Counted from the first letter of the stretch, positions 39,877-50,075 are shown. The stretch is 64,000 nt of DNA from Actinomycetota bacterium (GCA_016213645.1 JACQZY010000013.1:347080-411079); one strand, 5' to 3'. The notes: a model not told the origin generated them from the letters alone. Made by a program: numbers and translations.

Positions 39877-41043
39877 TCAGCCGAAGACCGACTGCAGCGG
39901 ACTTGGCCACTTCACCGGCCGGTCGCCGAGCGTGACAGATGTCGTGAGTTTGCGGCGGTCACGGAGGTAGCCCACCTGAACCGTCTCTCCGGGTTTGAAC
40001 TCAAGCAGTGCTTCGCCAAGTTGCTCGTTCGGGCGCATGTCGTGGCCGCCGATCGAGGTGATCAGGTCGCCGCCCACGCGAAAGTCCGAACCCTGCACGC
40101 GGCGACGTCCCGACCCGCCGCGTAGCCCGGCGACATCGGCCGGCGAGCCCGTGCGTACGCTGCCGATCAGCACGCCGGTGGCGTTTTCCGGTAGACCGAA
40201 CCGCGGTCCCGCGCCGCGCCAGAGCGCCTTGCCCTTCACGCCCATGTAGGCGTAAGGCACTTGTTTTTCCTGGCCGAGGTAGCGCACCGACCGTTTCACC
40301 AGCGGCGCCGGAATCGCGAAACCCAGGCCTTCGCCGCCGCCCCCGATCGAGAGCATCTGCCCGTTCACGCCGATCAACTCGCCGTCGGCGTTCAGCAACG
40401 GCCCCCCGGAATTGCCCATCGTGATCACCGCGTCGGTCTGGATCGCACCGTAGATCGGAAAACCAACCATGCCGCTGATGCGCCGGTCGACACCGGTCAC
40501 GTAGCCAACGCTCATTGTGTACGTCTCGCCGAGCGGAGAGCCGATCGCCATCACCGGGTCACCGATCGCCGGAGTATGGGCGGAGAAACGCAGCCCCGGC
40601 GGCTCGATCGCGGTAGAAGGACGCAGGACGGCGATGTCGGCATGCGGGTCCAGGCCCACTATCTCGGCGTCCAAGCGCCTGCCATCGTGAAGTTGCAATG
40701 ACAGTTCGCTCGCCGGTTCGCCGGGTTTGATCGGACTGGTCACTACGTGCACGTTGGTCACCACAAGCGAACCGTCGCCGATCGCGAATCCCGTGCCGAG
40801 ACCTTGCGGAGCGTTTGCGCTGCTGCCGTACTGGGCGATTACGGTGACCACCGACCGCTGCGCCTTGTGAAACAGCGTCGGTGGGTCGATCTTCGCGCCG
40901 GGCAGGATCGTACGCGCGGGTCGATCTGCGCCCGGGGAGTCGAGCATCTGGTCGAGTGAACCCTGCAACGCGCAACCGGAGAGCGCGGCCGAGCAAAGCG
41001 CAATCGCTGCCGGCCGGATCAGGCGCGCGATCACGTGGTTCAC
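39877..41043 (-). CDS. HtrA-like trypsin protease with PDZ domain, probable lipoprotein
   Basis: LSGC lipobox, TNVHV, DIAVL, IQTDA, GNSGGPL. Confidence 0.92.
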   Translation of the reverse strand: MNHVIARLIRPAAIALCSAALSGCALQGSLDQMLDSPGADRPARTILPGAKIDPPTLFHKAQRSVVTVIAQYGSSANAPQGLGTGFAIGDGSLVVTNVHVVTSPIKPGEPASELSLQLHDGRRLDAEIVGLDPHADIAVLRPSTAIEPPGLRFSAHTPAIGDPVMAIGSPLGETYTMSVGYVTGVDRRISGMVGFPIYGAIQTDAVITMGNSGGPLLNADGELIGVNGQMLSIGGGGEGLGFAIPAPLVKRSVRYLGQEKQVPYAYMGVKGKALWRGAGPRFGLPENATGVLIGSVRTGSPADVAGLRGGSGRRRVQGSDFRVGGDLITSIGGHDMRPNEQLGEALLEFKPGETVQVGYLRDRRKLTTSVTLGDRPVKWPSPLQSVFG

Positions 41044-42494
41044 GCTCCGTTCGCGGCCGGAGGGAGATCGAGAATAAAAGTCGTGTCGCCGGGCTGGGAT
41101 CGCACCGAAAGTCTTCCGTTCATCGCGTTTGCCAATTCATTTGCGATCGAGAGTCCGAGTCCTGTGCCGCCGGTCTTGTCGCCGGTGTGGAAGCGGTCGA
41201 ATATGCGCGGCAGATCCTCCGGGCTGATCCCGGAACCGCCGTCGTGCACGCTAAGGCTGATCATTCCGTTCTGCCGCTCGGCGCCGACACGGATGTTCGT
41301 TCCTCGTGGCGTATGAGAAAGGGCGTTGTCGATCAAGATACGAACCACCTGCGCGGCTCGGTCTGGATCGCATTGCGCGTTCAGACCCGGCTCGGCCGCA
41401 ACGTCGATCGCCGACTCACGCCGCACCGCGATCGGTGCGAACTCTCGGGCCACGCCGTGCGCCAGTTCGGACAAATCGACCGGCTCAAACTGAACCTCCA
41501 GCGATCCGGCGTCGATTCGCGAGAGGTCGAGCAGGTCGGTGGCCAGTTTGGTCAGCCGCGCGATCTGGTCGTGCATCGTGTCCAGAAACTCGCGCTGCGT
41601 CTGTTCGTCGAGATCCTCCTCGAGCAATAGCTCCACGTAACCGCCAAGCGAAAACAACGGTGTGCGCAGTTCGTGAGAAGCGTTCGCGATGAACGCCTTT
41701 CGCGCCCGGTCGGCGCGGCCGAGCCGCTCCTGCATGTTGTTGAACGCCTGAGCCAGCTGGCCTAGTTCGTCGGCCGAGTCCACCACCAGCGGCTCGGTGA
41801 AGTTGCCTCCGGCTACGGAACGCGCGGCACGCTCGAGCCGCTTGATCCTGCGGGCGATGAAACTGGAGGCGAACAGTCCGACCATCAGTGAGATGCCCAG
41901 AGAGAAGATCGCGGCGACCAGATAGCGCCTCGCCTGCTGTTTGACAACCGAGTTGACGCTGGTCAGCGAGGACGAGAACACGGCCGCGCCGATCGTCTGC
42001 CCGTCGAGTCCGGCGATCGGAGCCGCCGATTCGGTGTGCGATCTGCCCGCCACATCGACAACGCCGTTGACCGCGCGGCCGGTGGTGATCGCGCGTCGCG
42101 CAACCCAGTCGTTGACGACCTCGTTGTATTGCGCCATGCCGCTCGAATCCACGAGCACTCGCATCTCCGGCGAAAGCGGATCCGGTAGACCGGTTGAGAC
42201 CGGGAGCAGGATCGCCACACGATCGGCGGCCGATTTGTCGACGTTGTTGGCGATGAAGTCCGCCGCGGTCTGCGGCGAAGTCAACTGTTGGTCACTGCTG
42301 ACTTCGTATTGCTGAAAAAGCGGTCCGTACAGCTCCACCGCGCGCTTGACGTCGCTTTCCTTATTGCCGCGAAGCTGCGCTTCCAGCCGAGGCACGACGA
42401 TCAGGAAGTTGGTCGCCACCGCGATGAACGTGACGCCAAAGAACAGCAGCGTCAGCTTTTCGCGGATCCCCCAGCTGAATCGCTTCTCTTCCAT
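41040..42494 (-). CDS. HAMP-domain sensor histidine kinase
   Basis: Two TMs, DELGQL, ASHELRTPL, DNAL, DGGSG, GTGLGL. Confidence 0.95.
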   Translation of the reverse strand: MEEKRFSWGIREKLTLLFFGVTFIAVATNFLIVVPRLEAQLRGNKESDVKRAVELYGPLFQQYEVSSDQQLTSPQTAADFIANNVDKSAADRVAILLPVSTGLPDPLSPEMRVLVDSSGMAQYNEVVNDWVARRAITTGRAVNGVVDVAGRSHTESAAPIAGLDGQTIGAAVFSSSLTSVNSVVKQQARRYLVAAIFSLGISLMVGLFASSFIARRIKRLERAARSVAGGNFTEPLVVDSADELGQLAQAFNNMQERLGRADRARKAFIANASHELRTPLFSLGGYVELLLEEDLDEQTQREFLDTMHDQIARLTKLATDLLDLSRIDAGSLEVQFEPVDLSELAHGVAREFAPIAVRRESAIDVAAEPGLNAQCDPDRAAQVVRILIDNALSHTPRGTNIRVGAERQNGMISLSVHDGGSGISPEDLPRIFDRFHTGDKTGGTGLGLSIANELANAMNGRLSVRSQPGDTTFILDLPPAANGA

Positions 42495-42537
42495 CTTTCA
42501 ACCAAGCCTGCGCGAACTCGTCGCCGCGGTGGCGGCG

Positions 42538-43248
42538 CTACTGGTCGCGAAACCGGTAGCCGACGTTGCGAACGGTCAGAATGTATTCGGGCTTGGAGGC
42601 CTCGGGCTCGACCTTTTCGCGCAGGTGCCTGATGTGCACGTCGACGGTGCGGATGTCGCGATATGCGGAGTCTCCCCAAACACGTTCAAGCAGGGCCTCG
42701 CGCGTGAGCACCCGGCCCGGCTCGGAGGCCAGCGCCATCAGGATCTCGAACTCCATGAAAGTCAGCGTTACCTCTTCGCCGTCGACGGTCACGACGCGGC
42801 GGCCGGGGTCGATCTCCACGCGGCCGGTCTTGATCGTGCGCTCGGCCGGTCCGTTGGCGCCGCCGTTGGCGGACATGCCCGCGCGCCGCAGCGCCGCCTT
42901 CACCCGTGAACGGAATTCGCGCAGGCTGAAGGGTTTGGTCATGTAGTCGTCGGCGCCGAGTTCCAGCCCGATCACCTTGTCGACTTCGTCGGCGCGTGCG
43001 GTCAGCATCACGATCGGCACGTTGCTTTCGGCGCGGATCTCCTTGCAGACCTCAAGCCCGTCGAGCTTGGGCAGCATGATGTCCAGCACGACCAAGTCGA
43101 ACTTGCCGCCGCGAAACTTCTCCAGCGCCTCTTCGCCGTCGCCTGCGATCACGACGTCGTACCCGTCCTTCTTCAGCGGATACTCGAGCATGCGCTGGAT
43201 CGGCGCTTCATCGTCGACCAGCAGGATTGTTGCAACGGATGCCTCCAC
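42538..43248 (-). CDS. OmpR/PhoB-family response regulator (WalR/MtrA-like)
   Basis: LVDDE, LDIMLP, GADDYMTKPF, RTVDVHIRHLREK, TVRNVGY. Confidence 0.96.
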   Translation of the reverse strand: MEASVATILLVDDEAPIQRMLEYPLKKDGYDVVIAGDGEEALEKFRGGKFDLVVLDIMLPKLDGLEVCKEIRAESNVPIVMLTARADEVDKVIGLELGADDYMTKPFSLREFRSRVKAALRRAGMSANGGANGPAERTIKTGRVEIDPGRRVVTVDGEEVTLTFMEFEILMALASEPGRVLTREALLERVWGDSAYRDIRTVDVHIRHLREKVEPEASKPEYILTVRNVGYRFRDQ

Positions 43249-43357
43249 GGGTCCAGCTTAGAGGCTGCGGCGCCGGAACGAGCATGCCTTAAGCGGCAGG
43301 CAACGCCGGATTAAAAAACCGCGAACTGCGGGCCGTTCGTGTCCTTAGACTTGCGCG

Positions 43358-45046
43358 GTGCCCCCGGGTCTACTGGAACCACGTCTTTACCGCGCCGCTT
43401 TTGTGCCCGCGCTGCTGGCGCTGATCGTGCTGGCGTTCTCGCTGAAAGATCCGCCGCGCGGGCTCACGCCGGAACCCGTGCCGCCCACATTCAGCGCTCA
43501 GCGCTCTCTCGCGACGGCGAAGCAGCTGACCGCCGCGAATGGCGCCCGAGAATCCGGCAGCACTCAGGACGGCCGCGTCGCGGAGCTGGTTCGCGCGCGT
43601 TTCAACGAGAACGGTTTTGTCGCGCACCGCTACGACTTTCGCGCACGCACGCTGAACGGCCGCCAAACTCTCGCCAACGTCGTTGGCGTGCGCGCCGGGC
43701 CGAGCGACCGGCGGCTGGTGATCGTCGCCTCGCGCGATGGCGCGCCGGGCACGCTCTCGCAAACAAACGCGGTCGAGACCGGCGTACTGCTGGAGCTTTC
43801 CCGCGTGCTTCAGGGTCGCTCGTTTTCTCACACGCTCGTGCTGGCGTCGGTGTCCGGCGGTGCTGACGGCGGCCTCGGCGCCGAGCGCCTCGCGCGTGAA
43901 CTTCGCCGGCCGGTAGACGCGGTGATCGTCTTACGCAATCTCGCGCGGCCGACCGCCGACGCCACCGTGCTTGCTCGATACGACTCGCGACTGCGTCCGG
44001 ATGTTCGTCTTGAGCGCACGCTCCAGCAAATAGCCGCGATCGAGTTTGCCGACCGCCCCACGCCGCGCGCCACCGTTGGCCAGATCGTGAGGATGGGTTT
44101 TCCGCTGGCGCTTGGCGAGCAGGCCGTTTTTCCTCAGTACGGCTTGGCCGCCGTGTCGGTCAGTCCGGGGGGCGAGGCGCTGGTGCGGCCTCAGATCGCC
44201 GATACGAAGATGGCCGCGGCGGCCGGTCGCTCGGCGTTGCGGGCACTTACGACGTTTGATGGAGATTTTCGCCCGCTTCCGCCCGCTCCCGCCGGGTTGC
44301 GCGTGGGCGGAAAGGAGATCCCAAGTTGGTCGTTGATTTTGTTCGTCGGGATCTTGCTGCTTCCGCTGGTCGTGGTGGCTGTCGACGGCTGGGCGCGCGC
44401 TCGCCGTCGGCGCGAGTCGGCACGGCGCGGTCTACTCGCCGCACCGTTGGCGATGGCCTGGCTGGTGATCTTGGCGTTGCTTTTGCGCGGCCTGGGCGCA
44501 GTCGGTGTGATCGACGCGCCATCGCTGCCGGCCGAACCCGAGGCGCTGAGCGGATCGGCCGCCGCGGTGGTCGGTGTGATCGCGCTGCTGCTTGCGCCGG
44601 TCGGCCTGATGGTCGCCGCCGGACTGGCGAGGCGACACTCGGAACCCGGCGGCGAAGCCGGATATGCGCTGTGGCTGGCGTTCGCCGGCATCGCGGTGTT
44701 TTTCGTCAACCCGATGGCCGCGCTTTTTTGGGTGCCGTTGCTGCACATGCTGGTGATGCTGCTGCTGTCCGGCACTCGGCCGCGCCGGTTGCAGATTTGG
44801 CTGACCGCGCTCGGCGGGTTGCTGCCGGTCGCGCTTGCGCTTGCCTATTACCCGGTCGTTTTGAACATGGGACCGCTAAACACGCTGCGATTCGCCGTTT
44901 TCTTGCAGGCGGGCGGATTTGTGGGACCCGCGGCGGTGCTCGGCGCGTGCGTAGTCGTGTCCGCTGTTTTTGTCTCACTTCTGCAGTTGCACTGGTCGGC
45001 TCCGCGCCGAATGCGGACTTCGGCCACGATTCCGATCATTCGCTGA
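43358..45046 (+). CDS. Membrane protein with degenerate M28-peptidase-like domain and multi-TM C-terminus
   Basis: N-terminal TM, NVVGVRAG...LVIVASRD segment, about 7-8 C-terminal TMs. Confidence 0.7.
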   Translation: MPPGLLEPRLYRAAFVPALLALIVLAFSLKDPPRGLTPEPVPPTFSAQRSLATAKQLTAANGARESGSTQDGRVAELVRARFNENGFVAHRYDFRARTLNGRQTLANVVGVRAGPSDRRLVIVASRDGAPGTLSQTNAVETGVLLELSRVLQGRSFSHTLVLASVSGGADGGLGAERLARELRRPVDAVIVLRNLARPTADATVLARYDSRLRPDVRLERTLQQIAAIEFADRPTPRATVGQIVRMGFPLALGEQAVFPQYGLAAVSVSPGGEALVRPQIADTKMAAAAGRSALRALTTFDGDFRPLPPAPAGLRVGGKEIPSWSLILFVGILLLPLVVVAVDGWARARRRRESARRGLLAAPLAMAWLVILALLLRGLGAVGVIDAPSLPAEPEALSGSAAAVVGVIALLLAPVGLMVAAGLARRHSEPGGEAGYALWLAFAGIAVFFVNPMAALFWVPLLHMLVMLLLSGTRPRRLQIWLTALGGLLPVALALAYYPVVLNMGPLNTLRFAVFLQAGGFVGPAAVLGACVVVSAVFVSLLQLHWSAPRRMRTSATIPIIR

Positions 45047-45121
45047 TCTTTTTTGCCGCGAAAACACCTTGAAACAGGGGTTTTGGACGGAGTTGAGCCT
45101 CGGTTCGACAATCGATGGATA

Positions 45122-45147
45122 TAAAACCGGTCGCGCGATTCCGACAA
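45122..45147 (+). promoter_or_regulatory. Possible sigma28-like promoter
   Basis: TAAA-N14-TCCGACAA in an AT-richer intergenic stretch. Confidence 0.35.
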
Positions 45148-45240
45148 CATGATTGCGGTCGCGACGATGGTTTCGCCGGCCGCACGAGAAGCCGGCAATT
45201 CGGCTCGGCGACTCGACCAGCCCACATGTAATTTTCCGCT

Positions 45241-45453
45241 ATGACTATCGATTTGAGAAATCGTAACTTTGAAGGTATGACTTCATCGATTCCCAGAATC
45301 AATTACGTGGTCGATCCCGAGGCAGTAGCCGAGGCGATCATCAGCCGGGTCAGCGCACTGGCCGACGAGCGCGTGCAACATCGCCGTTCGTTGATCACGT
45401 CAGTCGAAGTGCTCGTACCCGGCGACTACGACGGTCCGGCCCTGCCGGTCTAG
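45241..45453 (+). CDS. Small hypothetical protein with FlgM C-terminal-like motif
   Basis: NYVVDPEAVAEAII resembles the FlgM Y.VD...IA..I motif; 3' end overlaps thiL on the other strand. Confidence 0.4.
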   Translation: MTIDLRNRNFEGMTSSIPRINYVVDPEAVAEAIISRVSALADERVQHRRSLITSVEVLVPGDYDGPALPV

Positions 45454-46422
45454 AAAGTCGACCGCCCCGGCGCCACCGGCGCCGTTTGGACTCGCTTTGG
45501 TGAGCTCTCCGTCGAACCGGCCGATCGCGGTCAGTTCGCCGCCGCAGTGGCGTACCGCGTCGCGGGCCGCCGCGAAAGCGGATTCGGGCAGCGAACACAG
45601 CAGTTCATACTCCTCGCCGCTCTCTGCGGCGAACTTGTGCGGCTCGCGGCCGGTGAGCGTCGCAACCGCGGCCACGCCACCGGCCAGAGGCAGGTCCTCC
45701 AGCTCGATCCGGGCATGCAGTCCGGAGGCCTCCGCCAGCTGGGCGGCGTCGCGGGCCAGGCCGTCGGAAAGGTCGATCATTGCGGTCACGCCGTGCGTGG
45801 CCAGTGCGCGGCCCGCGCAGAAGCGCGGAAACGGCAGTAGATGGCGGTCCCGCAGCGCCTGCTCCTGCTCGCGACTGATGCCGACCACCGCCGATGAACC
45901 CAGCAATAGCTGAAGGCCGGCCGCGCTGCCGCCGAGCGCACCGGTGACCGCCAGCAGTTCGCCGTTGCTCGCGCCGTCGCGGCCGATCACATTCGCCTCG
46001 TCGACGGCGTGGCCGATCACCGTCACGGAAAGCCACAGCACCGGTGAAGCGGTCAGATCGCCACCGGCTACGACGGCGTCGCAGGTGTTCGCCACGTCCT
46101 CGATTCCGCCGGCCAGTTCTTCAAAGTCGTCATCTCCGAAATCGCCCGGCAGACCGGCGGCCACGTAAATCTCGCCGGCCGGCACACCCATCGCGGCAAG
46201 GTCGGACAGCGCCGACGCGACGGCCTTGTGCCCGGCGGCGCGCGGTGGGGTGTAGTCCGATTTGAAATGCACGCCCTCGACCACGGCGTCGACCGAAGTG
46301 ACCACGACGCCGTCGCCGCGAACCACCGCGGCGTCGTCACCGATGCCGCGCAGCAGGCGCTCGCCGCGCGGCTGAAAACGGCGCGATAGGCGCGCGATGC
46401 GTTCGCTTTCACGATGGCCCAT
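45400..46422 (-). CDS. thiL: Thiamine-monophosphate kinase
   Basis: GIGDDAA, VEGVHF, LSDLAAMG, GGD, MIDLSDGL, GEEYEL. Confidence 0.95.
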   Translation of the reverse strand: MGHRESERIARLSRRFQPRGERLLRGIGDDAAVVRGDGVVVTSVDAVVEGVHFKSDYTPPRAAGHKAVASALSDLAAMGVPAGEIYVAAGLPGDFGDDDFEELAGGIEDVANTCDAVVAGGDLTASPVLWLSVTVIGHAVDEANVIGRDGASNGELLAVTGALGGSAAGLQLLLGSSAVVGISREQEQALRDRHLLPFPRFCAGRALATHGVTAMIDLSDGLARDAAQLAEASGLHARIELEDLPLAGGVAAVATLTGREPHKFAAESGEEYELLCSLPESAFAAARDAVRHCGGELTAIGRFDGELTKASPNGAGGAGAVDFLDRQGRTVVVAGYEHFD

Positions 46423-46519
46423 GACGTTCAGAACTTACCGGCGCGGCGGCCGCTAAGGCCGCCTAGGACGCGCAGGCATCCGCGATCGCCACTTTGCCGA
46501 CGACGACTGCCGCCGCCGC

Positions 46520-47833
46520 TCACGGCGAAAAGGGAATCGCGATTGCCATCGTGTAGCCGCTCAGCAGCACCGTGGCGGCGACCAGCGCGCGATCTCGTGA
46601 GACCGCCGCGAACGGCAACAACCACAGCATGTACCACGGCACCAGCCAGGCGGATGCCAGCAGCACGCCAAAGGTCGCCCAGCCGGCGTTGGCAAGCCAT
46701 GTCTCTGGCCGTCGCCACGTGCGCACGAGCAGCAAGACCACGACCGCCGCCAGCACCAGCACGAACAGGCCGCGCGTGACGTCGATCGCGGCGGCGTGAT
46801 CGAGCGACTGAAAGAGCCGGCCGAGCGCATCCACGGTGACCTGCGGTAGCGAGTAGCGACTGGTGCGGTCTTGGTTGGACGACAGCAGATTCAGGCCGTT
46901 GAGTGCGTCGGAGCCGAATATCAGCAGGGCGGTGAGCGGCGCAAGCACCGCCGCCGCGAACATTCCAGTGAACATCGAGCGCTTGTCGCGCGCCGCGGCC
47001 AGCATGAATGGCAGCGGAACCAGCGCCGACGCCTTCACCCCGGCGGCGAGCGTGGCGATCAGTCCGCCCGCTCGTTCGCGTCCGCGCACCGCCGCCGACA
47101 CGCCGCCGAACACAAGCAGCATCGTCAGCGCCTCATTGTGCGCCCCGGCGACCACGTGTACAAGCATCGCGGGACACAGGCCCACGAGCACGATCGCACG
47201 GTTGCCGCCGGCTTCGACGCGATCGGCGAGATCGCCCGCGATACGTACAAGCCACAGCGCGGCCCCCGCCGCGACTGCCTTCAGCGTCCAGAAAGCCGCC
47301 GGCACCGAAAGCTTCGCCAGCGGGTAGATCAGCAACGTGAAGAACGGGCCGTACACGTTTACCGCATCCTTGGACCCGGCGTAGCCGAAGACCGGATCAC
47401 GGGGAATGTCGAACGGCCGGTGAGAGTATGGGTTGAGTCCGTGGTCCACGCCCAGCCGTGCATAGGCGATGTAGCTGAAGACGTCTTGCGAGAGCAGCGG
47501 CGGCGCGAGCGTGAAGATGGCGAACAGACCGATCACGGTGGCCCACAACGCGCGCCGGTCGATCCGCGGCGCCAGCATCACCAGCACCGCGAACAAGATG
47601 CTCGCCGCGATCAGCACGCGGTAATAGGTCCATCCCGCGCCCGGCAAGGCAAGTGCGTCGATGCCCGCGAAGCGCCAGACACCCAGCAGCCAGTCAGGCG
47701 AACTTCCGGCCGTCGCGAGCACGATGCGGGATCCCGCCACGGCCGGCGCCACCGCCAGCCATATCGAGACGGCGACAAACGACGCAAGCACGGCGCGCGC
47801 CGCGAGCGAGCCTGCTTTCGGGGTCTTACTCAC
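46520..47833 (-). CDS. GT-C polyprenol-phosphomannose-dependent mannosyltransferase (MptA/MptB-like)
   Basis: PLLSQDVFSY, YGP, GAHNEAL, PWY; multi-TM. Confidence 0.82.
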   Translation of the reverse strand: MSKTPKAGSLAARAVLASFVAVSIWLAVAPAVAGSRIVLATAGSSPDWLLGVWRFAGIDALALPGAGWTYYRVLIAASILFAVLVMLAPRIDRRALWATVIGLFAIFTLAPPLLSQDVFSYIAYARLGVDHGLNPYSHRPFDIPRDPVFGYAGSKDAVNVYGPFFTLLIYPLAKLSVPAAFWTLKAVAAGAALWLVRIAGDLADRVEAGGNRAIVLVGLCPAMLVHVVAGAHNEALTMLLVFGGVSAAVRGRERAGGLIATLAAGVKASALVPLPFMLAAARDKRSMFTGMFAAAVLAPLTALLIFGSDALNGLNLLSSNQDRTSRYSLPQVTVDALGRLFQSLDHAAAIDVTRGLFVLVLAAVVVLLLVRTWRRPETWLANAGWATFGVLLASAWLVPWYMLWLLPFAAVSRDRALVAATVLLSGYTMAIAIPFSP

Positions 47834-47842
47834 GCGCGGACG

Positions 47843-49972
47843 TTATCCGGGTGCGACGGCGCCGGGTGTGTCGGGCGCCGGTGTGGGCGCGGGCGCGGGT
47901 GCCGGTTCGGCGGGCGTTTGCTTTGGCGGTTTCGTCTCGGGGTCCTTGTTGTCGCCGTTGTCTTTGCCGCCGTCGTTCTTGCCGTCGTTCTTGTCCTTCT
48001 TCTTTTTCTTCTTGCCCTCGCTGTACGCCTCGCCGGTCGGGCCGCCGCCTTCCTTCTTGCCAAGGGTTGCGTACTTGCCGCTGAAGGTGTGGCCTTCGAA
48101 CGGCTCTTTGGGCTCCGGCCATTCCTTGCAGTGGTCGCCCTGGGCCTTTGCCATGAACTTGCCCCAGATCGTGGCCGGAGCCGTGCCGCCGGCCATGCCG
48201 GGCATCGAGATACCGGCGTCGGGATAGCCCACCCAGACCGCCGCCGAGAACACCGGGGTGTAGCCCACAAACCAGGCATCCTTGAAGTTGTCGGTGGTGC
48301 CGGTCTTTCCGGCCGCGGGGCAGGTGAAGTAGTTGCGCGTGCCGGTGCCTGTGCCGCCGGTCACGTTGGCGCGCAGGATCTTTGTTGCCTCGAAGGTGAC
48401 GCCGTCCTTCAGCACCTTTACGCGCTGTGGCTTGCCGATGTCGTCGGTCTTGCCTCCAGGGAAGATCACCTTCTCGATCGCCTCCGGCTGCGCGCGCACT
48501 CCGCCCGCCGAGATCGTCGCGTAGGCGCGGCTCATCTCCAACGGCGACACGCCGCGCTCCAATCCGCCAAGGCTCTCCGCCGGATAGCCGTTCAGCTTCG
48601 AGCGGATGCCCAGCAAGCGTGCCGTGTCGCGCACGTTCTTGGGTCCCACGTCCATCGCGAGCTGGATGTAGACGGCGTTGTCGGAGGAGGTGGTTGCACG
48701 TACGAGGTTGATGTTGCCGCTGTAGCTGTTGCTGTAGGTCTTGACTTTGATCGGACCCCACGGCGAGCTCTTGATGTTGATCGGATGCGAGTTGTAGGTG
48801 GTCGATTCGGGGTCGATGCCCTGGCGCAGCGCGGTCACCAGCGCCATCGTCTTGAACGAAGATCCCGGCTGGCGATGTCCCTGCGCCGCGAGGTTGAACT
48901 GACTCTGCCCGTAGCCGCCGCTGGAGGCCATCGTGCGGATGTGACCGGTGCGCGGGTCGATCGCCACGATTGCGCCGCTTGGGCCGCTCAACGTGCTGTT
49001 GATCGCTGCGCGCGCCGCGTCCTGGAGCTTGCGGTCGATGGTCGTGTAGACCTTCAGTCCGCCTCGACGCATCGTATTGATGCCGTACTTGTCGATCAGA
49101 CGCTGCTTTACGTAGTCGAAGAAGTACGGCTCGCGGATGCGCGTGTAGCGAGTGCCGCGTTTGACGCGGACTGGTTCCGCGATCGCCGCGTTCTTTTCGG
49201 AGTCCGTGATGTAGCCGAGCTCGGCCATTTTGGCGAGCACTTCGTTGCGGCGCTCGATCGCGCCCTTCGGGTTGAGGAACGGGTTGTACTCGCTGGGCGC
49301 CTGCGGCAGACCGGCAAGTAGCGCACACTCGGACAGGCCGATGTCTTTCGCGTTCTTCGCGAAGAAGGTCTGCGACGCCGCCTGCACACCCATCGCGCTT
49401 TGACCGCCGACGGTCCCGTACGGTGCGGTGTTCAGATAGGCCTGCAGGATCCAGCGCTTGGAGTGTTCCTGTTCGAGTTCGCTGGCCAGCTTGGCCTCGC
49501 GGATCTTTCGCTTGTAGTCGCGCTTGGGCTCCGCGATGTAGAGGTTGCGCACCAGTTGCATCGTGATCGTCGAACCGCCCTGAACGGTCTTGCCGCTTGT
49601 CAGGTTGCGCACCGCTGCGCGCACGATCGCGCTGTAGTCCACGCCGGTGTGCTTGTAGAAGCGCTCGTCCTCGATCGCGACGGTGGCGTCTTTGCAGTCT
49701 TGCGGCAGGTTCGACCACGCGAGCGGCGTGCTGATCTCGTCGGACTGGATGTAGCCGAGCAGCGAACCGTCAACCGCGTAGACACTGCTGGTGAGACCGC
49801 GGTTGACCGGTTTGCCCAGCTCCGGTGCGCTTGCGGCTATTGCGACCACGTAGCCAAGCGCGCTGAAGCCGACGATCGCGCCCAGCGTGAGGGCGATCAC
49901 AAACATCAACGCGAGTGGTCCGTGGGCGCGTCCGCGGCTACGGCGGCGTTTTCTTCTCTGGCGTGCGGTCAT
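47843..49972 (-). CDS. Class A penicillin-binding protein
   Basis: EDERFYKH.G.D, GGSTITMQLVRN, RKIRE, SSFK, SDN, KTG. Confidence 0.96.
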   Translation of the reverse strand: MTARQRRKRRRSRGRAHGPLALMFVIALTLGAIVGFSALGYVVAIAASAPELGKPVNRGLTSSVYAVDGSLLGYIQSDEISTPLAWSNLPQDCKDATVAIEDERFYKHTGVDYSAIVRAAVRNLTSGKTVQGGSTITMQLVRNLYIAEPKRDYKRKIREAKLASELEQEHSKRWILQAYLNTAPYGTVGGQSAMGVQAASQTFFAKNAKDIGLSECALLAGLPQAPSEYNPFLNPKGAIERRNEVLAKMAELGYITDSEKNAAIAEPVRVKRGTRYTRIREPYFFDYVKQRLIDKYGINTMRRGGLKVYTTIDRKLQDAARAAINSTLSGPSGAIVAIDPRTGHIRTMASSGGYGQSQFNLAAQGHRQPGSSFKTMALVTALRQGIDPESTTYNSHPINIKSSPWGPIKVKTYSNSYSGNINLVRATTSSDNAVYIQLAMDVGPKNVRDTARLLGIRSKLNGYPAESLGGLERGVSPLEMSRAYATISAGGVRAQPEAIEKVIFPGGKTDDIGKPQRVKVLKDGVTFEATKILRANVTGGTGTGTRNYFTCPAAGKTGTTDNFKDAWFVGYTPVFSAAVWVGYPDAGISMPGMAGGTAPATIWGKFMAKAQGDHCKEWPEPKEPFEGHTFSGKYATLGKKEGGGPTGEAYSEGKKKKKKDKNDGKNDGGKDNGDNKDPETKPPKQTPAEPAPAPAPTPAPDTPGAVAPG

Positions 49973-50075
49973 CTTTGTAAATGGTCGAGCGGTGCCCGCG
50001 GTCCGTGCGGCGACTTTCAGGCTCTAAACACTGATTCGCCGGGCTTGGTTGCGGGCCTGCGGGACTGCGCGTCCG

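Noticed and set aside
46423-46520. TPP riboswitch upstream of thiL
   Set aside because: No CTGAGA or other TPP aptamer motifs visible in the short gap
46871-49321. Long antisense ORFs (also 29887-31488, 25961-27526, 56310-57878 and others)
   Set aside because: Shadow frames opposite well-supported genes, expected in high-GC DNA; no recognisable motifs
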